Positions 34,466 through 43,908 of a stretch of DNA of 64,000 bases are shown here, piece by piece. The stretch's first letter is position 1. Every line of letters starts with the position of its first letter. Under the pieces are notes generated by a model. The model searched no databases. It saw only the letters and a program-made list of their open reading frames with translations, and was not told the DNA's origin. A program made the translations under genes and the position numbers. Source of the stretch: Candidatus Marinacidobacterales bacterium (lineage in GTDB: Bacteria; Acidobacteriota; Vicinamibacteria; Marinacidobacterales; DATDRI01); contig CBDCNP010000002.1 of NCBI GenBank assembly GCA_965219415.1, positions 3,872,001-3,936,000 of the forward strand, given 5' to 3'.

Positions 34466-35961
34466 GCCCCTTCACGAAAAAGCTCACCGTGTACGGCATC
34501 ACTTTGATCGCGCGCGGCGATGCCCCGGACGCCTTCCTGAAGAGAGTGGCCGAGACCATCAAGGAAACTTTCCCACAGGACGAGAGAATGGACCTCGCGC
34601 TCCAAGAAGAGCTCATCAAAAACCTGTACCGGTACAAAACAACCATTCCCGTTCCCAAGGGTCGGGACATGAGCTTCATCGAGCCAGACGAGACGACATG
34701 GCAACGCGTCGAAAGCAAAAACTCTATCTGCGACATCATTATGGAATTGGGGAGCGTGCCCGGTCAGGTGATGGAGGTCGTGGAGCACATTCTGCATTTC
34801 GTGAGCGACATTGGCCTTCACTACACGTTCCCGAAGGAGTGGGGAATCTCGAAGGAATCGAAGCTCTGGCAGGCGATGCAAGAAGCGGTGGAGAAAGGTT
34901 ACTACGACATCTCGTCCTACGCCGACATCGACGACGAGAAGGTTCGCGACCGGGTAACGCTCCAAGAGTTTGCCTACTGGTTCATCTCCACAGCATGGAA
35001 CCTGCAGGAGCCCTATGGACCGAAGGGCGAGGAGGAATGGACCATCAAGGATGCCTCCGACCTGCAAGCCAAGCTGCCCGACTTCTACGAAGTCTATGAG
35101 CAAACGGCGCGAAAGGTCATGGTGGCGCCGAGCCTCGCGACGCTCGAGAAATTCGGTCCCAAGACGTCGGACGTGGAAACACTAGGCTACAACATCGTCC
35201 TTGCGGGCAAAGTGAAAGACGCCACCGAGCTCATCGGATTCAACACTTCCGACAACAGGAGCGAGCAGCTGACTTCCTCGGTGGGTTTCGCGGGTTTTCC
35301 GGTGTGGTCCCCCCAGGGCAACCGAATCGCCTTTCTCGCCAAGAAGGAGGGCGGCCTGGATCTAGTCGTGATGGACACCGACACCAAGAACATTTCCGTG
35401 CTCGTTCCCGACATCCGTGACCCGGCAGACTGGGGCCCGCAGGGCAGGCGCATGCTCGTCACCAAGCCTCTCGACGGCGGTGAGCGCGGCCTTTTCATCG
35501 TCAATCTAGCCGACGGGGCAGAAAAACGCGTTGAGACCGGCAGCTCGTCGGACGCCTATGCCAGATGGTCGAGATCGGGTGACGCCATCACGTACGAGTC
35601 GAGCCGCGACGGAAACCCGGAGATCTACCGCACCGAGCTCGAGTCCGGAAAAACGACCCGCCTTACCAAGAATCCCAGCCTCGACGAATGGCCCTCACCG
35701 TCACCCAGCGGCAGGCGCATCGCCTGGGCCTCGGGAAGCGAGGAGGAAAAGGACCTTTGGATCATGCAGGCCGACGGCTCGGACAAGAAGCAGCTCACCC
35801 AGGGAATGTTGTTCGGAGACGGGTTTCCCGCGTGGTCGCCCAATGACAAGCAGATCATGTTGACGGTGCAAGAAAACGACGCATCCGTCCTGAAGCTCAT
35901 CAACGTCGAGACCGGACAAGCAACCCACATCGCCGAGGGCTCCCAACCTTCCTGGCGTTGA
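34466..35961 (+). pseudogene. PD40/TolB-like beta-propeller protein with an N-terminal unknown domain, 5'-truncated by IS5
   Basis: ORF begins at the IS end with no start codon or signal peptide; PVWSPQGNRIAF, SSRDGNPEIY, PAWSPNDK repeats. Confidence 0.7.
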
Positions 35962-35979
35962 GCGAGCCGATCGTGACCG

Positions 35980-37403
35980 CGTCCTGTGCCAAAATTTGAT
36001 CCACTTGCAACGTTACAAGCGAACAGTTGACGCGGCGTGGGCGGTGAGGCCCGCGACAACCATTGAGCAGAGCTACCCTTTGGACGGGTCGTCACCATGC
36101 AGATGACCACCTAGTCGAGAGCGAATATCCAAGCGTGTTCCTGAAGCTGTTTTCACGCTACGCCGAGCGGGCCCACCGAGGGGCTACCGTCCCGGCCACA
36201 ATCTACGCGGCACGGCAGTAGTAGTTGAGAATGCCCCCAAGTCGCTCTCGCGACACGATGGGGCCAGCGCTATTCGCGCTTGCCGGCAGAGGAGTGAGGA
36301 GCTCGTTGCCGAGACCTTGGTGGTTCCGTTCTGTGTGATAGTGCACTACGTATTCGGTTACCGCTGTGCGCAGGTGTCGCTCACTGAGAGGTACGAAGCG
36401 GTCGAGACACTCTCGACGTATGGAGAGAACGAATCTTTCCGCGTATGCGTTCAGATTCGGACTGTTCGCTGGAAGGCGGAGGGGCTTCACACCTGAATCT
36501 CTCAAGAGCCCACGTACCGCCTCGGTGAATAGCGGGTTCCCGGTCGTGGATGAGGTACCGCTTGCCAAGGAGGAAACCATCCCACAGGTCAGTGAGGTTT
36601 CTTGCCGCCTGCTTCATCCACTCCCCGTTTGGGTCCGAGGTCATCCCACCGATGCACACGCAGCGAGTGGCGATATCGATGACAAACAGGACATGGTAGC
36701 GGACGAGCCCGAACGGGTTCACCACCTCGACGGTGAACAGGTCTGTCGCAGCGATAGCGCCCCAATGAGCCTTGAGGAAAGTGCTCCACGACATGCTCTT
36801 GCCCCGCTCCGGAGCCGGCGCGATACCGTGCTCGGCGAGGAGCCTCTTGAATGGTGTTGCGTCCGAGTTCATGTCCGAGGTTCTTGAGTGCACCCCGCAG
36901 GCGCGTATATCCCCACGTCGGGTTCTCCTGCGCCACGCGCACAATGAGCTCACGGATGTCCTTCGCCGTCGGAGGTCGGCCTGGGCTCCGGTTCTTGCTG
37001 CCATCGTACTTGGCTGCGATGAGGCAGCGGTACCAGCGCAGGAGCGTAGCGGGTGTGGCAACCGACGCAATCTGGGCCAGCGCCTCGCGGCCTAAAGCTT
37101 GGGCCTTGACGGCGAGCCTGCGCCGCTCGTCGTCCGAGAGACTGAGACGCTTGCCCCGAAGCTCGGCTCGGAGCACACGGTTCTCCTCTTGCAGGTAGTC
37201 GATCACATCCTGCTGCTGGCGGTTGACCCAGCCAGCCAGAACGAGCAGCAGGAATTGCACGTGGTAGGTCATCATGGGTCTGAAGATAACACCCTCGGGC
37301 CAGACGATTGTAAAGCCCACGGCCCTTGGCCCGGTCGCAAACACAGACACTAAGCTGCTGATTTATGGCCTATTTCAAAAGGGCTGAGTTTTGGCACAGG
37401 ACG
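35980..37403 (-). mobile_element. rve/integrase-core transposable element with 15-bp IRs
   Basis: IRs CGTCCTGTGCCAAAA at 35980-35994 and 37389-37403. Confidence 0.8.
36203..37275 (-). pseudogene. rve-type transposase, frameshifted into three pieces
   Basis: GWVNRQQQDVIDYLQEENRVL...ENPTWGYTR / WSTFLKAHW..AATDLFTVE..YLIHDR / [21 protein letters not shown] in different frames. Confidence 0.88.
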
Positions 37404-37555
37404 GGGTCCATTGGTACAACACGCAACGACTCTTGGAGCCGATCGGAAATGTCTCCCCCGTCGAGTACGAGATGAACTACTATCGGTCGCAGGAAGGCTC
37501 GCTAGAGATGGTGAGACTCAACTAAAACAGTCTCCGGAAAACCCGGGGCGGTTCA
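37404..37555 (+). mobile_element. IS3-family (IS51-like) 3' remnant
   Basis: VHWYNTQRLLEPIGNVSPVEYE...*, then IRR CTCCGGAAAACCCGGGGCGGTTCA. Confidence 0.8.
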
Positions 37556-37610
37556 AGAGTGCGAGCAACCAGAAGTAGTTTTCACCCAGGGCGATGTTCC
37601 GGACTGGGCC

Positions 37611-37985
37611 TTACCCGGCCGTTACGCGGGCAGTTCGCAGCAGCGCCAGCGCGTAGACAATCCCGATGGCCGGAACCACCGAAAATGCCAGCGCAAGCTC
37701 CCAGTCGCCCCGCACTCTTCCCTCAGCAATCATCTGCGCAACCCACAGGTCGGCAATCACGTTCGCCGTGAGGAGCGCCATCATGCCGAGGATCGTCGTC
37801 GTGGCGAGGCGGGGCCGCAGCACGAGCAGAAGCACTCCAGCGGCGCCAAGAGGGTGAAGAAGGATCACTAGTAGCCGTTGCCAGACGTCTCCACCGTCAG
37901 CGAATGCTCCAACCAGGGCCGTGAATCCTGCAAAGACCGCTTGAATCACAGCGAGAACCGTCACCGAAATCCGGAAGCTGGTCAT
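37611..37985 (-). CDS. Hypothetical 4-TM membrane protein
   Basis: 124-aa ORF with four hydrophobic segments. Confidence 0.65.
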   Translation of the reverse strand: MTSFRISVTVLAVIQAVFAGFTALVGAFADGGDVWQRLLVILLHPLGAAGVLLLVLRPRLATTTILGMMALLTANVIADLWVAQMIAEGRVRGDWELALAFSVVPAIGIVYALALLRTARVTAG

Positions 37986-38119
37986 GGAGACATGATATAT
38001 CCCTACTGGGGATCTGCCTAGCCCTCTGAGCCGGGAACTGGGCGCAACTGTTCATCAAGCTCAAGGAACGGCGGCTACCGGCAACATGAAAGCCGTGCAG
38101 AGAGACAGCAACAAGAAAG

Positions 38120-38914
38120 ATGGGCACAGAATCAGAATGGTGCGAAACACGGGTTGAGAACTGGCTCCGCAAACACTATGAGGATGTGCAGCGAGACCGA
38201 AACCACTTCCCCGACTTCAGAGTAGGGAAAGACCTAGCAGTAGAAGTAACAGCACTCAAGACACTTGGACCGGATGGCACGACATCAACGGACACACTAG
38301 AAAAGAGGGTTCATCAAATCTTAGAGGGAATGTTAGAAGGAAAAGGAATACCATTTCATACCAGCTACGGCAGATGCCACATCGTCGTCGAATACAATCT
38401 TCAAGAGGCACCGCCGAAAGAGGTTTTGGTCCCCCAGGCAAGAAGAGCGCTTGCACGGTACGCTGAACCAGGTCAGCCGATTTACGAGAAGCCGTTTATA
38501 GACCTGGAGTGTGGAGTACGACTAGGTCTAGTGCAGGTTCAGCATCAGACGCAGTCAGAACGAGGGCTAGTGCCACGAATAGGTATCGAAATGAGCTACG
38601 AAGGATGCATACCCGGGGTAGAGGTGCGGAGAGCAATCGTGGACGCAATAGAGAAGAAGACGCCAAAGGCCATCGAATGGAAAGAGACACATCCGGATAG
38701 CAAATGTTGGCTAGCACTGGTGAGCCGCATTCCAGACATGTACTTTAAAGAGAGCTTTCAAGAAGAAGTAAAGGACTGGCAAAACAGTATAACGGTGCCC
38801 AAAGTATGGCAACGAGTACTATTGTGGCCATTCGCTAACACCGAGGAACCCAAAGGAGAAATCACAAACGAAAAGGGTGAACCCCTCAGATTTTCCGGAG
38901 AGTGTTTTAGTTGA
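38120..38914 (+). CDS. Hypothetical protein, possible PD-(D/E)XK nuclease fold
   Basis: E...FPDFRVGKDLAVEVT motif; A-rich atypical composition; hairpin at 38916-38937. Confidence 0.6.
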   Translation: MGTESEWCETRVENWLRKHYEDVQRDRNHFPDFRVGKDLAVEVTALKTLGPDGTTSTDTLEKRVHQILEGMLEGKGIPFHTSYGRCHIVVEYNLQEAPPKEVLVPQARRALARYAEPGQPIYEKPFIDLECGVRLGLVQVQHQTQSERGLVPRIGIEMSYEGCIPGVEVRRAIVDAIEKKTPKAIEWKETHPDSKCWLALVSRIPDMYFKESFQEEVKDWQNSITVPKVWQRVLLWPFANTEEPKGEITNEKGEPLRFSGECFS

Positions 38915-38947
38915 GTCCGGCCTCAGCGAGGCCGGACCTTTGCAGGC

Positions 38948-39147
38948 GAGGAGGCTAAGGTATTGATCGAAAGGTGGCGGCAAGATTTCAATTGCCTCAA
39001 GACCCCACAGCTCGTTGGGTTACCGACTGCCGGCGCCGGAAACGATTTGGTTGAAACCGGCTCCGCTCCACTCCGCCGGCTTCAACCAGCCCTTGTAGGC
39101 ACCTAGTTACTGAGATACAACGTGGTACTAACCGTGGGGTCAGGTCA
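38948..39147 (+). mobile_element. IS3-family (IS407-like) 3' remnant
   Basis: Closely similar to the reverse complement of 57648-57845; ends GGGGTCAGGTCA. Confidence 0.85.
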
Positions 39148-39497
39148 CCTGCTGCGTAACCCGCTCACGTGCTAGAGTTTGAGCCTGATTTCGAGAGACG
39201 CAGTTCTTTCGGCGATGCCGGCTGGACTGACCACGCGGTGCCTGAAGTTTTTGAGCATCGGTCGAGTAGCCACGGTAAGCTTGCCGGTTCAGTCGGAAAG
39301 GTAGAGAACCTGAAGCTCGAAGCAGATTGACCACGGCATTCACCAGGGAGACTGGCGAGTTGAGATTCATACCGTGCAAGACGATGACACCGCGCTTCCA
39401 AGCCTCTAGCCGACTCCCACTAACCCCGCCCAAAGCAGCCTTTTGGACTTGACCCGCTTTCGTGGACACCTAATCCTTTGGGAGACAGGAGTCCACG

Positions 39498-39812
39498 ATG
39501 TCAAAGCAGGGAAACAGATACGCGGCCGAATTCCGGCGCCAAATGGTAGAGCTGGTGCGAGCTGGCCGCGGCTCCGAAGAGCTGGCGCGAGAGTTTGAGC
39601 CCTCGGGCCAGACGATCCGGAACTGGGTGAACCAGGCGGATCTCGACGAGGGTCGCAGGCAGGACGGTCTGACGAGTGAGGAGCGTGCGGAGCTCCGCCG
39701 CCTGCGACGGGAGAACCGTCAACTACGGTTGGAGCGGGAGATCCTCTCAAAAGCCGCGGCCTGGTTCGCTCGGGAGACCGAGTCGGTACCACCGAAGCCT
39801 TCCGATTCGTGA
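39498..39812 (+). CDS. IS3 transposase OrfA
   Basis: HTH RYAAEFRRQMV...TIRNWV; ELRRLRRENRQL...ILSKAAAWFA. Confidence 0.9.
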   Translation: MSKQGNRYAAEFRRQMVELVRAGRGSEELAREFEPSGQTIRNWVNQADLDEGRRQDGLTSEERAELRRLRRENRQLRLEREILSKAAAWFARETESVPPKPSDS

Positions 39813-40660
39813 GGGCGAACCAGGATTCACTACCGGTTGCCACGATGTGCCGACTGCTGGACGTCTCCGCCAGCGGCTACTATGCGTGGCTTGAGCGTGC
39901 CCCGTCGGCCCGCGCGGTGTCGGATGCGGAGTTGCTTGAGAAGATCCGGGCGATTCACACCGCGTCGCGGAGCACGTACGGCGCGCCGAGGATCCTCCAC
40001 GAGCTACGAGAGACACACGAGCTCCACGTCTCACGCAAGCGTGTAGCGCGGCTAATGCGCGAGGCTGGCATTCAAGGTGTTCACCGGCGCAAGAGGGCGC
40101 ACACTACGATTCGCTGTGACGACGCCCGTCCCGCCCCCGATCTCGTCGACAGGAATTTCGAGGTGGACCGGCCCGACCGCCTGTGGGTCGCCGATATCAC
40201 CTACGTGCCCACGTGGTCGGGCTTCTTGTTCCTCGCCGTCGTGCTGGACGCCTTCAGCCGACGCATCGTCGGATGGGCAATGGCTACCCACCTGCGGACG
40301 TCGCTCGTCTTGAGCGCCCTCGACATGGCGCTGTTCCAACGCAAGCCCGGCGACGTCATCCATCACTCGGACCAGGGCACGCAGTACACGTCACTAGCGT
40401 TCGGCCAGCGATGCCGGGAGGCCGGGGTGCGACCGTCGATGGGTTCGGTCGGGGACTGTTACGACAATGCGATGTGCGAGAGCTTCTTCGCGACGCTCGA
40501 GTGCGAGCTGATCGAGCGCCGGTCGTTTCGCTACCACGCTGAGGCGCGCATGGCGACCTTCGATTTCATCGAAGGCTGGTACAACCCGCGACGACGACAC
40601 TCCGCCATCGACTATTGCTCGCCTATCCAATTCGAAAGGAGGTACTATCGCGACGCTTGA
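39809..40660 (+). CDS. IS3 transposase OrfB
   Basis: WVADITY, HHSDQGTQY, DNAMCESFF. Confidence 0.92.
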   Translation: MRANQDSLPVATMCRLLDVSASGYYAWLERAPSARAVSDAELLEKIRAIHTASRSTYGAPRILHELRETHELHVSRKRVARLMREAGIQGVHRRKRAHTTIRCDDARPAPDLVDRNFEVDRPDRLWVADITYVPTWSGFLFLAVVLDAFSRRIVGWAMATHLRTSLVLSALDMALFQRKPGDVIHHSDQGTQYTSLAFGQRCREAGVRPSMGSVGDCYDNAMCESFFATLECELIERRSFRYHAEARMATFDFIEGWYNPRRRHSAIDYCSPIQFERRYYRDA

Positions 40661-40736
40661 TCCCTAACTCTTAACCTGTCCACGAAAGCGGGGTCACTTC
40701 ACTTGGTCCCTGGATAAGTAGATTCTGCAGGAGTTT

Positions 40737-41450
40737 ATGAAGAGTTTGCGGTTGCTTGTAGCCTGGATTCGTAGGCTGGAATTCATGAGCGTGGTGACTT
40801 TCGTCCGGAACGCCATCTCAGATTATAAGAGTACGGCGTCTCTAGTGCCGAGTTCCCGGTACCTCGCTCGGGTGATGGTGAGGCCGCTGTGTGGCAAGGC
40901 GCCTCGGGTCGTGGTCGAGTTCGGTCCCGGAACGGGCGTGATGACCCGCGAATTGCTGCGGCTGATGCCGGACGACGGCACTCTGCTCGCGTTCGAGGTC
41001 AGCACGCGGTTCGTGACATACCTGCGCGAGACCGTTCCGGACCCGCGCTTGCAAATCGTGCAAGCGAGCGCGACGACCGCAGCTATGGAACTGAGTCGTC
41101 GCGGCATCGAACAGGTTGACGGGATCGTGTCGTCTCTGGGCATCAGCTTCATGGACATGGAGTCGGTGGACGCGCTCTTTCGCCCTCTCCTGCCGCACTT
41201 GGGCAAGAAAGGCACGATCACCCAGTTCCAATATGTCACATCCACATGGGGCTCCATGGCTGGTGTATTCAGTATTTCGATGCGGGCAGTTATGAAGCGC
41301 TACTTCTGTTGCGTCCAATCGACCAGCGTGTGGCTGAACCTACCGCCCGCTTTCGTGATCACCGGTCACGGGGAGCGGACCGCCGCTGAGGCCGTCGTGT
41401 CTGAAAACGCGAACGGAGCCGGAAGCGGCTACCAGCAGATGTCGGACTAA
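40737..41450 (+). CDS. PmtA-like SAM-dependent (phospholipid N-) methyltransferase
   Basis: PSSRYLA, VVEFGPGTGVMT, IVSSLG, QFQY, VWLNLPPAFV. Confidence 0.8.
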   Translation: MKSLRLLVAWIRRLEFMSVVTFVRNAISDYKSTASLVPSSRYLARVMVRPLCGKAPRVVVEFGPGTGVMTRELLRLMPDDGTLLAFEVSTRFVTYLRETVPDPRLQIVQASATTAAMELSRRGIEQVDGIVSSLGISFMDMESVDALFRPLLPHLGKKGTITQFQYVTSTWGSMAGVFSISMRAVMKRYFCCVQSTSVWLNLPPAFVITGHGERTAAEAVVSENANGAGSGYQQMSD

Positions 41451-41459
41451 ACCCTGAAT

Positions 41460-41550
41460 CTCCAGACGCGCGAAGAGCGACTTTCCCGAGAGCTAGCTCG
41501 GGACGAGCCTTGAGGGCAGCGATGAGCGCGCGAACAAACGACGAAATCAT
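41460..41550 (-). pseudogene. N-terminal fragment of another rve-type transposase
   Basis: MISSFVRALIAALKARPELAL.KVALR resembles the N-terminus of integrase-core transposases. Confidence 0.45.
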
Positions 41551-41576
41551 GCAGGCATGATGCCGGCAGACTGGAG

Positions 41577-41774
41577 GGTGCTTGCGCTGTTTACTGTTGG
41601 TGATGTGTACGTATCCCGTTGCAAAAGAGTCGCTTACGCTCTATTTAGCGCGCAGCGAAGGTCATGAGCGCTATTTTGGCTGTAACTTAATGTACCGTAG
41701 CGCTATTTTGGCTGTAACTTAATGTACCGTAATGTCTTAGCGTCATCTCACCAACACTTAATGGCGGAAGCACC
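41577..41774. mobile_element. MITE-like element copy 1, with an internal 32-bp tandem duplication (41668-41731)
   Basis: Imperfect TIRs GGTGCTTGCGC / GCGGAAGCACC; similar to 45042-45207. Confidence 0.75.
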
Positions 41775-41775
41775 C

Positions 41776-41862
41776 ACGGTGAGCTTCGGTGAGCCGTACA
41801 AAGGCGCGTGCTACAAGCTCATTGCCGCCATCATCGAGCGTCGCGGAGCGGACGCGGCATGA
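41776..41862 (+). pseudogene. C-terminal remnant of a dual-OB-fold-type protein
   Basis: TVSFGEPYKGACYKLIAAII...*; ATGA overlap with the DUF488 gene; truncated at the MITE. Confidence 0.6.
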
Positions 41863-42917
41863 GCGAACGGGTAAGCACCGTCTTCACGATCGGCCACTCC
41901 ACGCACTCGATGGAAGCGTTCGTGGCACTGTTGAAGCTGCACTACGTGACAGCGCTAGCGGACGTGCGTTCCACGCCCTTTAGCCGCTTCAATCCGCAGT
42001 TCAATAAGGACGCCCTCAAGCGCGGTCTGCGTGCGCAGGGGACCAACTACGTGTTTCTGGGGCGCGAACTCGGGGCCCGATCAAACGATCCATCGTGCTA
42101 CGAGAATGGCCGCGTGCAATACAGGCGGTTGGCACGGACGGAGTTGTTCCGCCGTGGTATCGAACGCGTAATCTCCGGGGCGCAGGAGCACCGCATTGTG
42201 CTCATGTGTGCCGAGAGGGAGCCTTTAGAGTGTCACCGAACACTGCTCGTTGCCCGCGCGCTGGATGAACAGCAGGTCGCCGTGACCCACATCCTGAGCG
42301 ACGGTCGGTTGGAAAGCCATGGCGAAGCCATGGACAGACTGCTCGACGTAGCTGGACTGCCGCATGAAGACCTGTTCCGATCGCGACAGGATTTGATTGC
42401 GCAGGCATTGGTACGACAGGAAGACAAAGTGGCGTACGTGGATGAGAAGCTGGCGGCCGAGGTATTCGAGAGAGGGACAGTGAAGCGCTTCACTATTGGA
42501 TTCACCAAGAAGCCCGCGCGGTGTTTCTTCGAGTTGCTGCGCAGCTCCGGCGCCAAGCGCGTAGTGGACGTGCGACTTAACAATGTCTCGCAGCTTGCCG
42601 CCTTCGCAAAGAAGGAGGACCTTGCTTACTTCCTCAGAGAGCTTTGCGGGATGGATTACGTCCACCTGCCAGCGTTGGCACCGACCCAGGACATGCTGAA
42701 CGAATACAAGAAGCAGCGTGGCGATTGGAAGACCTATGAGGCACGCTTCAACACGTTGATGAGACAACGGCGAATCGAGGGCACGGTCCCGAAGGACGTG
42801 ATCGCTAATAGCTGCTTACTCTGCAGCGAGGACAAGCCGCACCATTGTCATCGCTGGCTTGTGGCGGAGTACCTCAAACAATATTGGGGCAACGTCGATG
42901 TCACCCATCTTGGCTAG
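41859..42917 (+). CDS. Tandem DUF488 protein (two domains in one frame)
   Basis: FTIGHS..ADVRS.P..LMCAE..CHR, then FTIGFTKK..VDVRL..CLLCSE..CHR; second domain starts at GTG 42480. Confidence 0.88.
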   Translation: MSERVSTVFTIGHSTHSMEAFVALLKLHYVTALADVRSTPFSRFNPQFNKDALKRGLRAQGTNYVFLGRELGARSNDPSCYENGRVQYRRLARTELFRRGIERVISGAQEHRIVLMCAEREPLECHRTLLVARALDEQQVAVTHILSDGRLESHGEAMDRLLDVAGLPHEDLFRSRQDLIAQALVRQEDKVAYVDEKLAAEVFERGTVKRFTIGFTKKPARCFFELLRSSGAKRVVDVRLNNVSQLAAFAKKEDLAYFLRELCGMDYVHLPALAPTQDMLNEYKKQRGDWKTYEARFNTLMRQRRIEGTVPKDVIANSCLLCSEDKPHHCHRWLVAEYLKQYWGNVDVTHLG

Positions 42918-42960
42918 TTGTAATGAACCTTATGAGGCGCCCGCTCGTGTGCTCGAATTG

Positions 42961-43303
42961 AACCCGTCCTGTGCCAAAACTCGGCCCTTTTGAAAAGACC
43001 ACAAATCAGCAGCTTAGACGCCCTGGAATCCGCGCAGAATCCAGGGCATTTCGCGCCGCAGGGCTGGCTTCCGACCCCTGGGCTGCGGGTGGCGGGCGAC
43101 AGGCCCATTGGGGTACGCACGGCTGGCTCAAATCGGCTGTGGGGCGAGCTACGGGCAGTGAACTGATGTCGCCGAATGTCAGGCACCACGTGGTGAGCCC
43201 AGCCGGCATCGACGAAAGAACTGCGCCTCTCGAAATCAGGTGTCAAACTCTAGCACGCGAACGGGTTACGCGGCGGCGACCAACATTTGACTGTGGAAGC
43301 ACC
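42961..43303. mobile_element. Non-autonomous derivative of the rve element family (composite ends)
   Basis: Starts AACCCGTCCTGTGCCAAAAC; has CAAACTCTAGCACGCGAACGGGTT at 43244-43267, then a GGAAGCACC end; first ~200 bp repeated inverted at 54015-54219. Confidence 0.7.
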
Positions 43304-43304
43304 C

Positions 43305-43461
43305 TTCACCACCCGGCACGCCCGGCGCTCGGAAACGCCCAGCTCGCGGCACACCTGAAACACCGCTTCACGGCGCCGGGCTGGGCTCAATAGTTTCCCT
43401 CGGCCACCTCCCGGAAAATCGACAGGTCGAGTTCCTTCTCGGCCAGAAGCTTCTTCAGCTG
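43305..43461 (-). mobile_element. IS407-like internal fragment (orfA/orfB junction)
   Basis: Similar to 58465-58610. Confidence 0.75.
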
Positions 43462-43499
43462 CTCGTTTGTGTTTTTGGACACGACGCGCTCCAGGAACG

Positions 43500-43534
43500 T
43501 TGCATTTTGTATAGTATTTAGTATATACTAAATA
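43500..43534 (+). promoter_or_regulatory. Promoter with overlapping perfect 20-bp palindromic operator
   Basis: TTGCAT-18-TATACT; palindrome TATTTAGTATATACTAAATA at 43515-43534; ATG at 43537. Confidence 0.75.
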
Positions 43535-43536
43535 TC

Positions 43537-43890
43537 ATGACTAACTTCGGTACTCACGTTCGAAAGCTGAGGGAGGCCAAACGAGAGAAGGACTCGCAGT
43601 ATTCAGTCCGTCGGGTCGCCGCCCGGATTGGAGTCCAACCGTCCTATCTGAGCAAGGTTGAGCGAGGCTATGAAGCCCCGCCCTCCGAGCCCAGGATTCG
43701 AGCGCTGGCTGAGGACCTTGGCGAGGACCCAGACATACTGCTAGCTCTGGCTGGGAAGGTGTCCCGGGACCTTCAAGACATCATCCGTCGCCGGCCAACC
43801 CTCATGGCGCAGATCATTCGTGAGCTGAAGAGCTTGCCGGACCACGCGATCCTCCGAATCGTACGCGAGGTACGTGACGGAGACTGGTAA
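43537..43890 (+). CDS. XRE-family HTH transcriptional regulator
   Basis: FGTHVRKLRE...SVRRVAARIGVQPSYLSKVERG...LLALAGKV. Confidence 0.9.
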   Translation: MTNFGTHVRKLREAKREKDSQYSVRRVAARIGVQPSYLSKVERGYEAPPSEPRIRALAEDLGEDPDILLALAGKVSRDLQDIIRRRPTLMAQIIRELKSLPDHAILRIVREVRDGDW

Positions 43891-43908
43891 AGAAAAGGAG
43901 AACACTCA

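Larger units (their letters stand above)
39450..40696 (+). mobile_element. IS3-family insertion sequence, apparently intact
   Basis: IRs TGACCCGCTTTCGTGGACA / TGTCCACGAAAGCGGGGTCA; orfA and orfB with AAAAG frameshift site at 39749. Confidence 0.93.

Noticed and set aside
39410-39449. CTAAC/GTTAG motifs here and at 58921 as integron attC sites
   Set aside because: No paired R''/R' with L boxes and no intI; the 58921 motif is explained by a mobile-element end.
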